From Candidatus Omnitrophota bacterium (GTDB lineage: Bacteria; Omnitrophota; Gorgyraeia; B26-G9), in contig JAZDHZ010000009.1 in NCBI GenBank assembly GCA_043805415.1, positions 13,973-77,972 of the forward strand: a stretch of 64,000 nt of DNA, read 5' to 3'. Positions 21,159 through 32,006 of this stretch are shown piece after piece; the stretch's first letter is position 1, and the number at the start of each line of letters is the position of its first letter. Under the pieces are notes generated by a model. That model did not search any database. It worked only from the letters and a program-made list of their open reading frames with translations, and was not told the DNA's origin. The translations under genes and the position numbers were made by a program.

Positions 21159-22223
21159 ATGAAGAAACTGTTCGATCGCGTGAATGCTTTTTTCGAATCA
21201 ATTAAAACTTTTCTCGCATTTGATATTGGGATTGATTTGGGAACAGCGAATACCCTTGTATATGTAAAAGGCGAAGGTATTGTGCTTTGCGAACCTTCGG
21301 TTGTAGCAATTCAAAAAGGGACTTCTCAGGTTCTCGCGGTGGGAGAAGAAGCTAAAAAAATGTTGGGAAGAACTCCCGGCAATATTGTGGCAATCCGTCC
21401 GATGAAAGATGGAGTTATCGCTGATTTTGAAATAAGCGAAAAAATGCTGCGTTATTTTATCAGCCGGGTGCATAAACGTAAACGGTTTATTAAACCGCTT
21501 ATTGTAATTGCTGTTCCTTCCGGGATAACCGAGGTAGAAAAAAGAGCGGTTGTGGATTCGGCGGAAAGAGCTGGAGCCAGGGAAGTTTTTCTGATTGAGG
21601 AACCTAAAGCAGCGGCGATTGGCGTCGGCCTGCCGGTGCATGAGCCAATAGGAAATATGATTGTTGATATCGGCGGCGGGACAACAGAAATAGCAATTAT
21701 TTCTTTAGGCGGTATTGTCTGTGCCAAAAGTTTAAGGATTGGCGGAGATGAAATGGATGACGCGATTATTCAGCATCTTAAGCGCTCATATAATCTTATG
21801 GTGGGAGAAAGAACTGCTGAAGAAATTAAAATAAAAATTGGTTCAGCTTATCCTTTAGATGAAGAAATGACTCAAGATATAAAAGGCCGAGACTTGATCG
21901 CGGGTTTGCCGAAAACAATAAAAATCACCTCCCAGGAAATCCGGGAAGCTTTAGCCGAACCAATTAGTTCGATTGTCGAATCAGTTCGGGTAATCCTGGA
22001 AAAAGCTCCGGCAGAACTTTCCGCGGATCTGGTAGATCGGGGAATTGTTTTAGTCGGCGGCGGAAGTCTTTTGCGGGGCATAGAAAAACTCTTGGCTGAA
22101 GAAACTGGTTTGCCAGTTCGTGTAGCTGAAGACGCGCTGACGGCAGTGGCTTTGGGAACCGGTAAATTTTTGAGCGAAATTCATAATTTTAGACGATTAA
22201 GTTTAAAAAGAAATCGTTATTGA
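21159..22223 (+). CDS. mreB: Rod shape-determining protein MreB
   Basis: [30 protein letters not shown]. Confidence 0.97.
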   Translation: MKKLFDRVNAFFESIKTFLAFDIGIDLGTANTLVYVKGEGIVLCEPSVVAIQKGTSQVLAVGEEAKKMLGRTPGNIVAIRPMKDGVIADFEISEKMLRYFISRVHKRKRFIKPLIVIAVPSGITEVEKRAVVDSAERAGAREVFLIEEPKAAAIGVGLPVHEPIGNMIVDIGGGTTEIAIISLGGIVCAKSLRIGGDEMDDAIIQHLKRSYNLMVGERTAEEIKIKIGSAYPLDEEMTQDIKGRDLIAGLPKTIKITSQEIREALAEPISSIVESVRVILEKAPAELSADLVDRGIVLVGGGSLLRGIEKLLAEETGLPVRVAEDALTAVALGTGKFLSEIHNFRRLSLKRNRY

Positions 22224-22239
22224 TTAGAAAATTTACATT

Positions 22240-23028
22240 GTGTCTGGAAAAAAAAAACCACTTCTATTTATCCCATTAATTATATTGCTGTTTGCTATTC
22301 TTGTGATTCCGCCACAAAAAACAGTCCATTTAAAAAGTAGTTTATTACTTATATTTAGAACCCCCTTATCACTGATCTACCGTTTCCAGTTAAGCACTAT
22401 AAACGCGAAAAAAATATTTACTTTTTATTCCGAATATGAAGCAATGCAAACTCGAATAAAGGAGCTTAGTTTTCAAGCTAATCGGTTGACTGAGCTAGAC
22501 CTTGAAAACCAGCGTCTGCGCAAAATTCTTGAGCTTGACAATAGCTCTAATAAGTTCATCGTTAGCCGGGTTATTGGTAAAGAACCGACTAATTGGCTTA
22601 ATAGTTTGATTATTGATAAAGGTTCATTGGCCGGAATATATATTAATCAACCGGTAATGAATTTTTCCGGCTTAATTGGTAAGGTTATTGAAGTAAATCC
22701 CCGAACAGCAAAAGTCTTATTAATCAGCGATGTGAATTCAAGAGTTGTGGTTTTGCTCCAAAACACTCGTATTGAAGGTATGCTCGAAGGCATTGGCAAA
22801 GGCTTATGCCGAATTAAATACTTAGCAGTTGATTCAGAGGTTAAATTAGGGGATATTGTTGTTAGTGCCGGTTTGGGCGGAGTATATCCTAAAGGGCTTG
22901 TTGTCGGGAAGATTGAAAGCATAAAAATTGAACGCGGCGGAATATACAAAAGCTGTATCGTAAAACCCTTATCAACATTATCAGGATTAGAAGAAGTCTT
23001 ATGTATAGAATCCGATTTAGATCAATAA
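22240..23028 (+). CDS. mreC: Rod shape-determining protein MreC
   Basis: LENQRLRKIL, IIDKGS, SAGLGGVYPKGLVVG; operon position. Confidence 0.93.
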   Translation: MSGKKKPLLFIPLIILLFAILVIPPQKTVHLKSSLLLIFRTPLSLIYRFQLSTINAKKIFTFYSEYEAMQTRIKELSFQANRLTELDLENQRLRKILELDNSSNKFIVSRVIGKEPTNWLNSLIIDKGSLAGIYINQPVMNFSGLIGKVIEVNPRTAKVLLISDVNSRVVVLLQNTRIEGMLEGIGKGLCRIKYLAVDSEVKLGDIVVSAGLGGVYPKGLVVGKIESIKIERGGIYKSCIVKPLSTLSGLEEVLCIESDLDQ

Positions 23029-23507
23029 GATTTGGATTAATTTCTTTTTTTGTTTTAGTTTTTCAAAGTACTCTTGTTTATAGTCTAGCTCTCGGAGCAG
23101 TTAAGCCGGATTTTGTCATCCTCCTGGTTATTTTTTTTGCTTTATATAAAGGGGCAAAGCCGGGGATGTTTTACGGGCTAGTTCTCGGGCTGTTTGTTGA
23201 TGCTTTAAGCGGCGGGATCATCGGAGTTAATAGTTTTGTATTTGGCTGTATTGGGTTTATTTGCGGTTTATTAAAAGAACGAGTATATATAAACCATTTT
23301 CTTACAAAATTTTTAGTAGGATTTTCAGCGTGCTTATTCTATTCGATTGTGTACTATATTCTGGCTGTGCAGTTTTTTCAGCTGCCGAGTTTTTTTGCAA
23401 ACCTGGATATTGTTCTGGGAACGATTGTTTATACTAGTATCTGCAATATTTTTTTTGCGGATGTTCTTGACCGCTTTGTTATCGTCCGGTCTAATTCCTT
23501 ATTATGA
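23001..23507 (+). CDS. mreD: Rod shape-determining protein MreD
   Basis: Hydrophobic; KPDFVILLV, GLFVD; operon position. Confidence 0.88.
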   Translation: MYRIRFRSIRFGLISFFVLVFQSTLVYSLALGAVKPDFVILLVIFFALYKGAKPGMFYGLVLGLFVDALSGGIIGVNSFVFGCIGFICGLLKERVYINHFLTKFLVGFSACLFYSIVYYILAVQFFQLPSFFANLDIVLGTIVYTSICNIFFADVLDRFVIVRSNSLL

Positions 23508-25219
23508 GATTGCAAATTTTAAAATACATATTAGTGTTTTTATTCATGATCCTGTTTAGCGCGTTGTTTTGGATGCAGATAGTTAAAGGTCCTGAATATT
23601 TTCAGCAAAGTGAAAATAATCGGATCAGACTGGTTCCGGAGGATGCCTCTCGCGGTATTATTTATGATCGAAATAATATTCCCTTGGTTGAAAACAGGCT
23701 CGCTTTTGATGTGGTTGCTGTTCCTCAGGAAATAAAATCAGAGAATAAGACAATTCTTTTTTCTAAGCTAAGTCAGTTCCTGGAAATAAAGCCGGCTATT
23801 TTAGAAGAAGCATTTGAGCGTAATTTTGTATCTAGTTTTTCTCCGGTTATGCTGGCTGAAAATATTCCCCGACATACTGCTTTTTTGGTTGAGCAAGATA
23901 TGTCGCAATTATCTGGAGTTTTTGTTAAAACAAGCAGTATCCGTAATTATTCGCAGGGCAATGCTTGCGCGCATTTGATTGGCTATGTTGGTAAAATGCG
24001 TGAGTCCGAATATCCAGAGTTTAAAAAATATGGATATCAGATGAGTGATGTAATTGGCAGAAGCGGATTGGAAAAAACATATGACCAGAGATTAAGAGGC
24101 AAGCCTGGGGGTATGCAGCTGGAAGTGGACAGCGAAGGCAGCATTATAAAAGTAATGAGTTATCGGCCTCCGGTTAGAGGTAGTGATTTGTATACAACAA
24201 TTGATCTGGATTTGCAAAAACTTATTTGTGAACTTTTGGCTGATATCCGAGGCGCGGTGTGTGTTATGGATCCAGAAACCGGTGAAGTGCTGGCATTATA
24301 CAGCGGCCCATCCTTTGATCCAAATATATTTATAAATAAAAATAAATATGAGGATATTGGTAAAATTTTTAAAAATCCCGACGCGCCGCTTTTAAACAGA
24401 GCGTTAAATACTTATGCTCCTGGATCAATTTTTAAGATAGTTACAGCTTACGCGGGATTGTTTGAGAAAATTATAAATGAAAATACTTGTTTTGAATGCA
24501 ATGGAAGTTTTCAATTAGGGAATTCCAGCCGCAGCTGCTGGCTGAAAAGCGGACATGGAAGTGTTAATCTGCAAAAAGCACTAGAGGTATCCTGTAATGT
24601 GTTTTTTTGGGAAGTTGGTTTAAAAGTCGGGCAACGCTTACTTTTTAGTTACGCGCGTGAATTTGGATTAGGCAAACTAACCGGCATAGATCTTCCTAGC
24701 GAGCCATCAGGGGTTGTGCCGAATGAGCATTGGAAGAACGCGAATATCCATGAGAAATGGTACGCGGGAGATACAGCGAATTTCGCGATAGGCCAAGGCT
24801 TCTTGCTGATCAGTCCAATACAGGCATTGCGGATGGTGTCTATGGTCGCGAATGGAGGATATGAAGTTTTTCCGCATATTGTAAAAAAAGATAGTAAATT
24901 AATAAATACTAAAAAGAGAATTTTATCCGCGGAGATTTTAGGTATAATAAGAAAAGGCTTAAAGGATGTGGTAAGTTCTTCCTCTGGAACAGGCCAGCTT
25001 GCTTCTGTGCCGGGAGTAAAAATTTTTGCTAAAACCGGGACAGCTCAGTCTGGTAAAGGATTAGATCCGCATGCCTGGTTTGTCGGATATGCTGAATTTG
25101 AAAACCAAAATATTAGTTTTTGTATTTTTCAGGAATTCGGCGGGCATGGAGGGGAAGGTCCGGCGAATATAGCGAAAGAAATAATATTATATTTTAAGGC
25201 AAAAGAAGGTGAAAAATAA
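23504..25219 (+). CDS. mrdA: Penicillin-binding protein 2
   Basis: RGIIYDRN, SIFK (SxxK), SCN (SxN) and KTG motifs. Confidence 0.93.
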   Translation: MRLQILKYILVFLFMILFSALFWMQIVKGPEYFQQSENNRIRLVPEDASRGIIYDRNNIPLVENRLAFDVVAVPQEIKSENKTILFSKLSQFLEIKPAILEEAFERNFVSSFSPVMLAENIPRHTAFLVEQDMSQLSGVFVKTSSIRNYSQGNACAHLIGYVGKMRESEYPEFKKYGYQMSDVIGRSGLEKTYDQRLRGKPGGMQLEVDSEGSIIKVMSYRPPVRGSDLYTTIDLDLQKLICELLADIRGAVCVMDPETGEVLALYSGPSFDPNIFINKNKYEDIGKIFKNPDAPLLNRALNTYAPGSIFKIVTAYAGLFEKIINENTCFECNGSFQLGNSSRSCWLKSGHGSVNLQKALEVSCNVFFWEVGLKVGQRLLFSYAREFGLGKLTGIDLPSEPSGVVPNEHWKNANIHEKWYAGDTANFAIGQGFLLISPIQALRMVSMVANGGYEVFPHIVKKDSKLINTKKRILSAEILGIIRKGLKDVVSSSSGTGQLASVPGVKIFAKTGTAQSGKGLDPHAWFVGYAEFENQNISFCIFQEFGGHGGEGPANIAKEIILYFKAKEGEK

Positions 25220-26316
25220 TGTTCGGATTGTCAGTTTTTCGAGATTTTGATAAGCCTCTGGCAATAATATTATTGGCATTGCTTATTTTTGGTTTAGTGG
25301 CTTTGTTTAGTGCTTCTTATCAAAGGCACATAGATACAGGCAAAGACTTTGTTTTAACCCAAGGTCTTTGGATATTGCTCGGGTTGGGGATAGTCTATTT
25401 AATCGCGAAAACAAATTACCATTCTTTTTTAAGTGTGGCCTATATTATTTATGGGATTCATATTTTTACTCTTGTCCTAGTCCTGGTGATGGGGAAAACA
25501 GCGCTGGGCGCGCAAAGATGGATCAGTATCGGCGGTATTGGGATTCAGCCTTCAGAGTTTTCTAAAATATTTACGATTCTGGCCTTAGCAAGAATGATTG
25601 GAGATAATCCTAATTGCTTAAACTCAAAACGAGGATTAATCGCTCCTTTTTTAATTTCTTTTGTTCCAATGCTGTTGATTTTTAAGCAGCCTGATTTGGG
25701 AACAGCGATTGTTATTCTCCCTATATTTCTGGCTATGGTCTGGGTAGGAGGAGTGCGTTTAAAGTATTTTTTGGTTGCTATTTTTAGCGGGCTTATTGCC
25801 ATGCCTTTTTTCTGGCATTTTCTAAAAGATTATCAACGCGATCGGTTGCTGGTGTTTATAAATCCGAATGTTGATCCTTTGGGCGCGGGCTATACAATTA
25901 ATCAATCTAAAATAGCTATTGGCTCAGGAATGCTCATTGGTAAAGGCTGGCTTTCCGGCACTCAAAATCAGCTTAACTTTCTGCCAGAGCGGCATACAGA
26001 CTTTATTTTTTCCATTGTCGGAGAAGAATGGGGTTTTATTGGGGCTGTTATTGTGATTGGATTTTTTTTACTCTTGATAATCCGGGGAATTAAAATCGCG
26101 GAAATGACTAATAATTTAAGCGGAAAATTAATTATTGTTGGGATAACGACAATGCTTGCATTGCATGTTATAATAAACATCGGAATGACTTTAGGTCTCA
26201 TGCCGGTGGTGGGCATGCCTTTGCCGTTTATCAGCTATGGCCGTTCGGCTTTGACTGCTAATTTAATTGCTATCGGTTTTTTATTTAATGTAAGAATTCA
26301 TCGGACAGTTTTTTAA
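25219..26316 (+). CDS. rodA: Rod shape-determining SEDS protein RodA
   Basis: GAQRWI, QPSEFSK, QPDLGT, LPERHTDFIF, LPFISYG. Confidence 0.95.
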   Translation: MFGLSVFRDFDKPLAIILLALLIFGLVALFSASYQRHIDTGKDFVLTQGLWILLGLGIVYLIAKTNYHSFLSVAYIIYGIHIFTLVLVLVMGKTALGAQRWISIGGIGIQPSEFSKIFTILALARMIGDNPNCLNSKRGLIAPFLISFVPMLLIFKQPDLGTAIVILPIFLAMVWVGGVRLKYFLVAIFSGLIAMPFFWHFLKDYQRDRLLVFINPNVDPLGAGYTINQSKIAIGSGMLIGKGWLSGTQNQLNFLPERHTDFIFSIVGEEWGFIGAVIVIGFFLLLIIRGIKIAEMTNNLSGKLIIVGITTMLALHVIINIGMTLGLMPVVGMPLPFISYGRSALTANLIAIGFLFNVRIHRTVF

Positions 26317-26345
26317 ATAGTAGATTTTAAAAGGAGATTTTAATT

Positions 26346-28466
26346 ATGGAACTTAAAAAATGGGAGACTCCGGTTAAAGGTTCTCAAGAGGAAAAAGAAG
26401 TTATTGATTTACTTAAAGCATTTTCTTCAACCCTTAAAAAAATCCCGCTTTATCCGGCAACGCATCCAATGGTAAAAGACTCGATTTTACAGCTATACTT
26501 GAGCTTGGATGGGTTCTCAAAGAGATTCGGTGATTTTGTTTTAGATATTACTGACAAGAGCATCATGATCTGTGAGCAGCCATTTGAAGCCGCTGGGACG
26601 GGAAAAGATTTAACCGCGGAGTTTAAGAAAATATCAATAGAAGGAATGACTTTTAAGCAGGGAGTTCCTGATTATGAGCTGGAATCTTTTTTAAAGCTGT
26701 TTTTACTAAAGCCGGATATGATCAAAGAAAAAGGCGGAATTAAGGAGATAATGGCGCAGCAGGGAATAACTAAAATTGTGCTTAATGAAGTGCACTATGC
26801 CCGGATTAAGACTGAAGAAGAAATTAGAAAAAAGACAGACGAAGAAGCTGGATCAGGTGAAGGATCAGGCGAAGGTGCTGATGCTGGTGAAGGTGCTGAT
26901 GCTGGTGAAGGTGCTGATGCTGGTGAAGGTGAAGGTTCTGGTGCTGGCGTACATTCTAAACAAGAAGATAAAGATATTGTGGGAATGGTTAGTGATTTCT
27001 TTAGTGGAAAATCCGATGTGGTGCCGGATAAAGAAGTTATTTCCTATGAATTTAAAAAGAATGCCCGCAGAGTGGTCAAACAGTTGCTTGAACTTGTCGG
27101 ACCGGAAAAAGCAGTAGATGAGGTGCTGGCAATAATTGAAGATCGTTTTGATAAAGCTGGATTTACAACAGAAGAAAAAGATGTTTATGTTGAAAAAGTT
27201 AAAACCCAGATTATTAAATTAAAAACTCCTAAAATTTCAAAAAAAGATATGGAGAAACAATTAAAAGCTTTAAAATTAGAAAATAAAAAACTTCACGCTT
27301 TAGCGCAGGAAAATGAAAAACTGAAAAAAATGCTGAAAAACGCGGATCAAAGTATTGATCAGGCTGTTTTGAATGCTACCGCGGCGCTGGCAGATGAAAA
27401 CAAACAAATAAAGAGAGAAAAACATCGAATTAATTCTGTGCTTAAACACGTTGCTGAAGGTTTGATAATTATTGATAATGAGGGCAAGGTGCTTGTGCTT
27501 AATCCCGCTGCTGAGCAGCTTTTGGGGGCAAGTAAGGAAAGTAAAGTTGGACAGCATATTTTAGAAGACTTAAAAGAAGAGCAAATGGTTAGTTTGGCAA
27601 AAGATGGACAAAGAGAAATAGAAATAGAATTAGCCGGGCCTAGTGATGGAACAAAGAAAACTCTTCGCGCTAGTTCCGCGGTAATTGAAAATGAAGAAGG
27701 CCAGACCGTGGGAATGGTTTCTGTGTTGAGCGATATTACCCGGCAAAAGGAACTTGAGAAGATGAAGGATACTTTTGTTTCTAATGTAACTCATGATTTG
27801 AGAGCCCCGTTGATTTCGATTCAAAAAAGTTTATCTTTAGTCCTCGATATTGCTAAAGATACTATGCCGCAGGAACAGAAGCAATTTCTGGAAATAGCGA
27901 GTAATAATGCTTCGCGCTTAACTAGTTTGGTTAATGATCTTCTTGATGTGGCAAAACTTGAATCCGGGCGAGCTCGTTTGGAATATAGTAAAACGAGTAT
28001 GGAGGAAGTGGTAAATACAGTTTTTGACATGTTGGGAGCTTGGGCTAATAGCCGGGGAGTAAAACTGGAAAAAGAAGGAATCGCGGATATTGTTTTTGAC
28101 TCAGACGCAAAACTGCTGGGACAGTTGTTTACAAACCTTGTGGGCAACGCGATAAAATTTACTCCTTATGGCGGCAGTATTAAAATTACCGCGGAGAGAA
28201 TTGATAAAGATATTAAGATTGCGGTTATTGATACTGGCTGTGGTATTCCAGCTGATAGCCTGGAGAAAATTTTCGGTAAATTTGAGCAGGCGAAAACCAT
28301 ACCAACCAGCGGTTCGCCCAAAGGCACGGGTCTGGGACTGACAATTGTAAAAGAAATTGTTTTGCTCCATGGCGGCAAGATTTGGGTTGAAAGTGAAATT
28401 GGCAAAGGCAGTAAATTTATTTTTGTACTCCCGGCTGAGAAAGAGGTTTTGGATATTCGTGATTAA
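26346..28466 (+). CDS. Cytoplasmic PAS-domain sensor histidine kinase
   Basis: H-box VTHDLRAPL, N-box NLVGNAIKFT, DTGCGI, GTGLGL; PAS region; no TM segment. Confidence 0.92.
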   Translation: MELKKWETPVKGSQEEKEVIDLLKAFSSTLKKIPLYPATHPMVKDSILQLYLSLDGFSKRFGDFVLDITDKSIMICEQPFEAAGTGKDLTAEFKKISIEGMTFKQGVPDYELESFLKLFLLKPDMIKEKGGIKEIMAQQGITKIVLNEVHYARIKTEEEIRKKTDEEAGSGEGSGEGADAGEGADAGEGADAGEGEGSGAGVHSKQEDKDIVGMVSDFFSGKSDVVPDKEVISYEFKKNARRVVKQLLELVGPEKAVDEVLAIIEDRFDKAGFTTEEKDVYVEKVKTQIIKLKTPKISKKDMEKQLKALKLENKKLHALAQENEKLKKMLKNADQSIDQAVLNATAALADENKQIKREKHRINSVLKHVAEGLIIIDNEGKVLVLNPAAEQLLGASKESKVGQHILEDLKEEQMVSLAKDGQREIEIELAGPSDGTKKTLRASSAVIENEEGQTVGMVSVLSDITRQKELEKMKDTFVSNVTHDLRAPLISIQKSLSLVLDIAKDTMPQEQKQFLEIASNNASRLTSLVNDLLDVAKLESGRARLEYSKTSMEEVVNTVFDMLGAWANSRGVKLEKEGIADIVFDSDAKLLGQLFTNLVGNAIKFTPYGGSIKITAERIDKDIKIAVIDTGCGIPADSLEKIFGKFEQAKTIPTSGSPKGTGLGLTIVKEIVLLHGGKIWVESEIGKGSKFIFVLPAEKEVLDIRD
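26871..26936 (+). repeat. In-frame 18-bp tandem repeat (EGADAG x3)
   Basis: GAAGGTGCTGATGCTGGT x3 followed by GAAGGT x2. Confidence 0.9.
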
Positions 28467-30258
28467 TCGAAGCGTTGGACAAACCCCGGTAAATCTAGAA
28501 CAGTTCTTGCTTGAAGTCAGAAAGCCGGCGCGGTATATCGGCAATGAGTATAATAGTATTGAAAAAGAACAAACTCAAGATATGATCAACTTTGCTCTCT
28601 GCTTTGCTGATGCCTATGAACTGGGCATGAGTCACCTGGGAGTTAAAATTCTTTATTCGATTTTAAATCAATTGGATGATGTTTATTGTGAACGCTGTTT
28701 TTCTCCTTGGCTAGATATGGAGAAAAAAATGCGCGAGCATAAGATCCCGCTTTTTGCCATTGAAACAGCCCGTCCGATTACTAATTATGACATTATCGGT
28801 TTTTCTTTGCAGTATGAACTGGGATATACTAATCTGCTGAATATGCTGGATCTCAGCAATATCCCTTTATACAGCAAGGATAGAGATATGAGCCATCCGC
28901 TGATAATTGCCGGAGGTCCCTGCAGTACCAATCCCGAGCCCATGGCTGATTTTATTGATGTTTTTTTTGTCGGTGAAGCCGAAGAGCTGATAATTGAATT
29001 TATTAAAGTTTTTCGCGAGTTTAAAAATAAGCAGTGTCTGGGAATGGAGCTTAATGATAAAAAAGAGCTTAAGAATAAAAGAGATGAGCTTTTAAAGAAA
29101 CTGGCGCAAATTCCCGGGCTGTATATTCCTAAGTTTTATGCTTATGATCAAAATAATGTTCTTAGACCAGAAAATAAGGATATTGCCGAAACCATAACCA
29201 GGAGATTTGTGGCGGATTTAGATGCAACGCCTTATTTTACTAAGCCGCCAGTGTCTTATATTGAGATAGTGCATGACAGGATAAGCATCGAGATTATGCG
29301 GGGTTGTCCAAATAAATGTTTTTTTTGCCAAGCGGGTTTTACGATAAATCCTGTTCGAATTCGAAAAATAGATACGATTTTGGCTTTAGCTAAAGAAACA
29401 TATGCTAATACTGGATATGATAATATATCTTTTTGTGCTTTATCTAGCGCGAATTATCCATATCTTATTGAGCTAATTAAAGTAATGCATTCTTTTTGCC
29501 ATCCCCGAGGCATGGGGATTTCTTTGCCTTCCTTAAGGGTGGATACCCAGTTTTTGGGCCTTATTTCCATGCTTGAGGGCCTTAAAAAAAGCGGACTTAC
29601 TTTTGCTCCGGAAGCAGGAAGCAGCAGATTGAGAAAGATTATAAACAAAGACATTGATATTGAAGCTTTAAAACTTGCCGTGCTGGAAGCTTATCGCAAA
29701 GGCTGGAAAAGACTTAAACTTTATTTTATGATTGGTTTGCCGACTGAAACGGAAGAAGATTTAGTGGCAATCGTAAAAATGATCGAAGATTTTTCTGCTT
29801 TGCGCAAATCAATTGATGGGAGATGGGGGCAAGTTAGCGTCGGGATATCTAATTTTATCCCTAAATGCCATACTCCTTTTCAGTGGCTGGGAATGGAGTC
29901 AATCGAAGCTTTGCGGCAAAAGCAGGACTTTTTACGCCAAAGGCTAAACCGGAAAAGTTTTGAAGTGGATTTTCATGATCCGGCAATGAGCTTTGTTGAA
30001 GCCTGCATGTCGCGGGCAGATAGAAGGCTAGGGACTGTGATTAAACAGGCCTTTGACAATGGGGCAAGGTTTGATGCCTGGACTGGTGTTTTTAATTTTG
30101 AACTTTGGGAAAAAGCTTTTGAAGTTACCGGGGTTGATCCAAAGGACTATGTATATAAGGGAAAAAACTTTGATGCCCCATTACCCTGGGATCATATAGA
30201 CTGTGGTTTTGCCAAAGATGGATTAATCAAAAATGCTAAAATAGCGGCTAATGCATAA
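28459..30258 (+). CDS. TIGR03960-like B12-binding radical SAM protein
   Basis: KPARYIGNE, EIMRGCPNKCFFCQ (CxxxCxxC), TFAPEAGS, KLYFMIGLPTE; GTG start after AAGAGG. Confidence 0.88.
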   Translation: MINRSVGQTPVNLEQFLLEVRKPARYIGNEYNSIEKEQTQDMINFALCFADAYELGMSHLGVKILYSILNQLDDVYCERCFSPWLDMEKKMREHKIPLFAIETARPITNYDIIGFSLQYELGYTNLLNMLDLSNIPLYSKDRDMSHPLIIAGGPCSTNPEPMADFIDVFFVGEAEELIIEFIKVFREFKNKQCLGMELNDKKELKNKRDELLKKLAQIPGLYIPKFYAYDQNNVLRPENKDIAETITRRFVADLDATPYFTKPPVSYIEIVHDRISIEIMRGCPNKCFFCQAGFTINPVRIRKIDTILALAKETYANTGYDNISFCALSSANYPYLIELIKVMHSFCHPRGMGISLPSLRVDTQFLGLISMLEGLKKSGLTFAPEAGSSRLRKIINKDIDIEALKLAVLEAYRKGWKRLKLYFMIGLPTETEEDLVAIVKMIEDFSALRKSIDGRWGQVSVGISNFIPKCHTPFQWLGMESIEALRQKQDFLRQRLNRKSFEVDFHDPAMSFVEACMSRADRRLGTVIKQAFDNGARFDAWTGVFNFELWEKAFEVTGVDPKDYVYKGKNFDAPLPWDHIDCGFAKDGLIKNAKIAANA

Positions 30259-30316
30259 GCACTGATTTAAAATTAAAAATTAACTGATTCCGGGCATTTC
30301 TATGTGATTTAACTAA

Positions 30317-30345
30317 TTGACATTATATCGCTTGTATGCTATAGT
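30317..30345 (+). promoter_or_regulatory. Sigma70-type promoter at the start of the pilus locus
   Basis: TTGACA-17 nt-TATAGT with extended TG. Confidence 0.6.
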
Positions 30346-30527
30346 CGATTTTAAATCAGGGTAGTGTGATTGGGGGATTAAAATACTTAGATATGATCAA
30401 AAATAGGGGGTAATTTTTAGATCTTTATCAACCCGCCTATTTATAATCGCAAATCAAAAAAAATTTGTGCTAATATCTGAATTGAGGATATATTAAATTG
30501 TAAAGGTTAAAAAAGCTTGAGGATATT

Positions 30528-30938
30528 ATGGAAGAAAAAATAAAAGTATTGCTTGTCGATGATGAAGTTGACTTTATTAATATGATGCAGTATTGGCTTA
30601 AAAGCAAAAATTTTGACGCGGATGTTCTTTACAGCGGTGAAAATGTTGTGGAGCAGGTTAAAGCTAAAAATTATGATTTAATGTTTCTTGACCTTAGATT
30701 GCCAGGTATTGATGGTTTGGATATTTTACGGCAAGTAAGACAATATTCCAAGAAACTCCCAGTAATAATTTTTAGTGCCTTTGGTACAGCTGAAAGTTTG
30801 AAAGAAGCAACCAAGCTGGGGATCTCTGGTTTTTTCGCAAAAGAAAAAGGGTTTGAAGAAGCCGCGCGTTTGATTTATACAGCATTGCGGATACACAAAG
30901 GTTTAGCGCATTCTGATGCTGAGGAAGGAGAAAAGTAA
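30528..30938 (+). CDS. Single-domain response regulator (receiver)
   Basis: VLLVDDE, FLDLRLPGIDG, SAF, conserved Lys. Confidence 0.9.
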   Translation: MEEKIKVLLVDDEVDFINMMQYWLKSKNFDADVLYSGENVVEQVKAKNYDLMFLDLRLPGIDGLDILRQVRQYSKKLPVIIFSAFGTAESLKEATKLGISGFFAKEKGFEEAARLIYTALRIHKGLAHSDAEEGEK

Positions 30939-30939
30939 T

Positions 30940-32004
30940 ATGGCAGTTGAAATGGGAAAATTACTCCGAATCCTTATTGAACGCAATGGGTCTGATTTGC
31001 ACTTAGGAGCAAATACTCCACCGCATATCAGGGTGGATGAAAAGATGTTGAATATTAGTGATGATATATTAACTCCGATTGATTGCCAGGAGCTTATATA
31101 TAGTATACTTAGTCCTGAAGAAGTGGAAAAATTTGAAAGAGAAAAAGAACTGGATCGCTCTTTTGAAATTGAAGGGATGAGTCGTTTTCGAATGAATGTT
31201 TTCTTTCAAAGAGGTCAGGTTGGCTGCGCGATTAGAGTTATTCCTTTTGATATTCTTTCATTTAGTCAATGCGGTTTACCAATAAAAATTGTTACAAGCT
31301 TAGCCAGAAAACCCAAGGGTTTGGTTTTAGTAACCGGCGCTACCGGATCGGGAAAATCAACAACCTTGGCATCAATTATCAATTTAATTAACGAGGAAAG
31401 ATCCTGCCATATTATTACGGTAGAAGATCCGATTGAATTTGTACACAAAAACAAAATGGCAGTTATTGATCAGCGAGAAGTGGGACAGGATACAAAATCT
31501 TTCGCGAAAGCATTAAAGCATGTTTTGCGCCAAGATCCGGATGTTATTCTTGTTGGTGAAATGCGGGATCTGGAAACAATTGAAGCGGCTTTAACTATTG
31601 CTGAAACCGGGCATCTTGTTTTTGCCACTTTGCATACTTCAGACGCTGTGCAAACTGTAAACCGGATTATTGACGTATTCCCTTCGCATCAACAGCAACA
31701 GGTACGCACCCAATTATCATTTGTTTTGGTAGGAATAGTTTCCCAACAATTGATTCCGAAAGTCGGCGGTACTGGCAGAGTTTTAGCTGCTGAGGTGATG
31801 CTGGCAACTGCGGCTGTAAAAAGCATGATCAGAGAACAAAAAGTGCATCAAATCTACTCAATTGTCCAAACCGGACAAAAAGATGGGATGAAGACAATGA
31901 ATCAGTCTTTGTACGAACTTTATACTGAGAAACATATTACTTACGAAGACGCGGTATCGCGTTCAACCGATCCCGACGATTTAATCCGACTATTTAAGAG
32001 ATAA
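30940..32004 (+). CDS. pilT: Type IV pilus retraction ATPase PilT
   Basis: SDLHL, GATGSGKSTT, LRQDPDVILVGEMRD, AETGHLVFATLHT, AVKSMIRE (AIRNLIRE-like). Confidence 0.94.
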   Translation: MAVEMGKLLRILIERNGSDLHLGANTPPHIRVDEKMLNISDDILTPIDCQELIYSILSPEEVEKFEREKELDRSFEIEGMSRFRMNVFFQRGQVGCAIRVIPFDILSFSQCGLPIKIVTSLARKPKGLVLVTGATGSGKSTTLASIINLINEERSCHIITVEDPIEFVHKNKMAVIDQREVGQDTKSFAKALKHVLRQDPDVILVGEMRDLETIEAALTIAETGHLVFATLHTSDAVQTVNRIIDVFPSHQQQQVRTQLSFVLVGIVSQQLIPKVGGTGRVLAAEVMLATAAVKSMIREQKVHQIYSIVQTGQKDGMKTMNQSLYELYTEKHITYEDAVSRSTDPDDLIRLFKR

Positions 32005-32006
32005 AC

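Noticed and set aside
28357-28458. 5' extension of the radical SAM ORF
   Set aside because: Overlaps the kinase C-terminus; the GTG at 28459 with an RBS is the better start.
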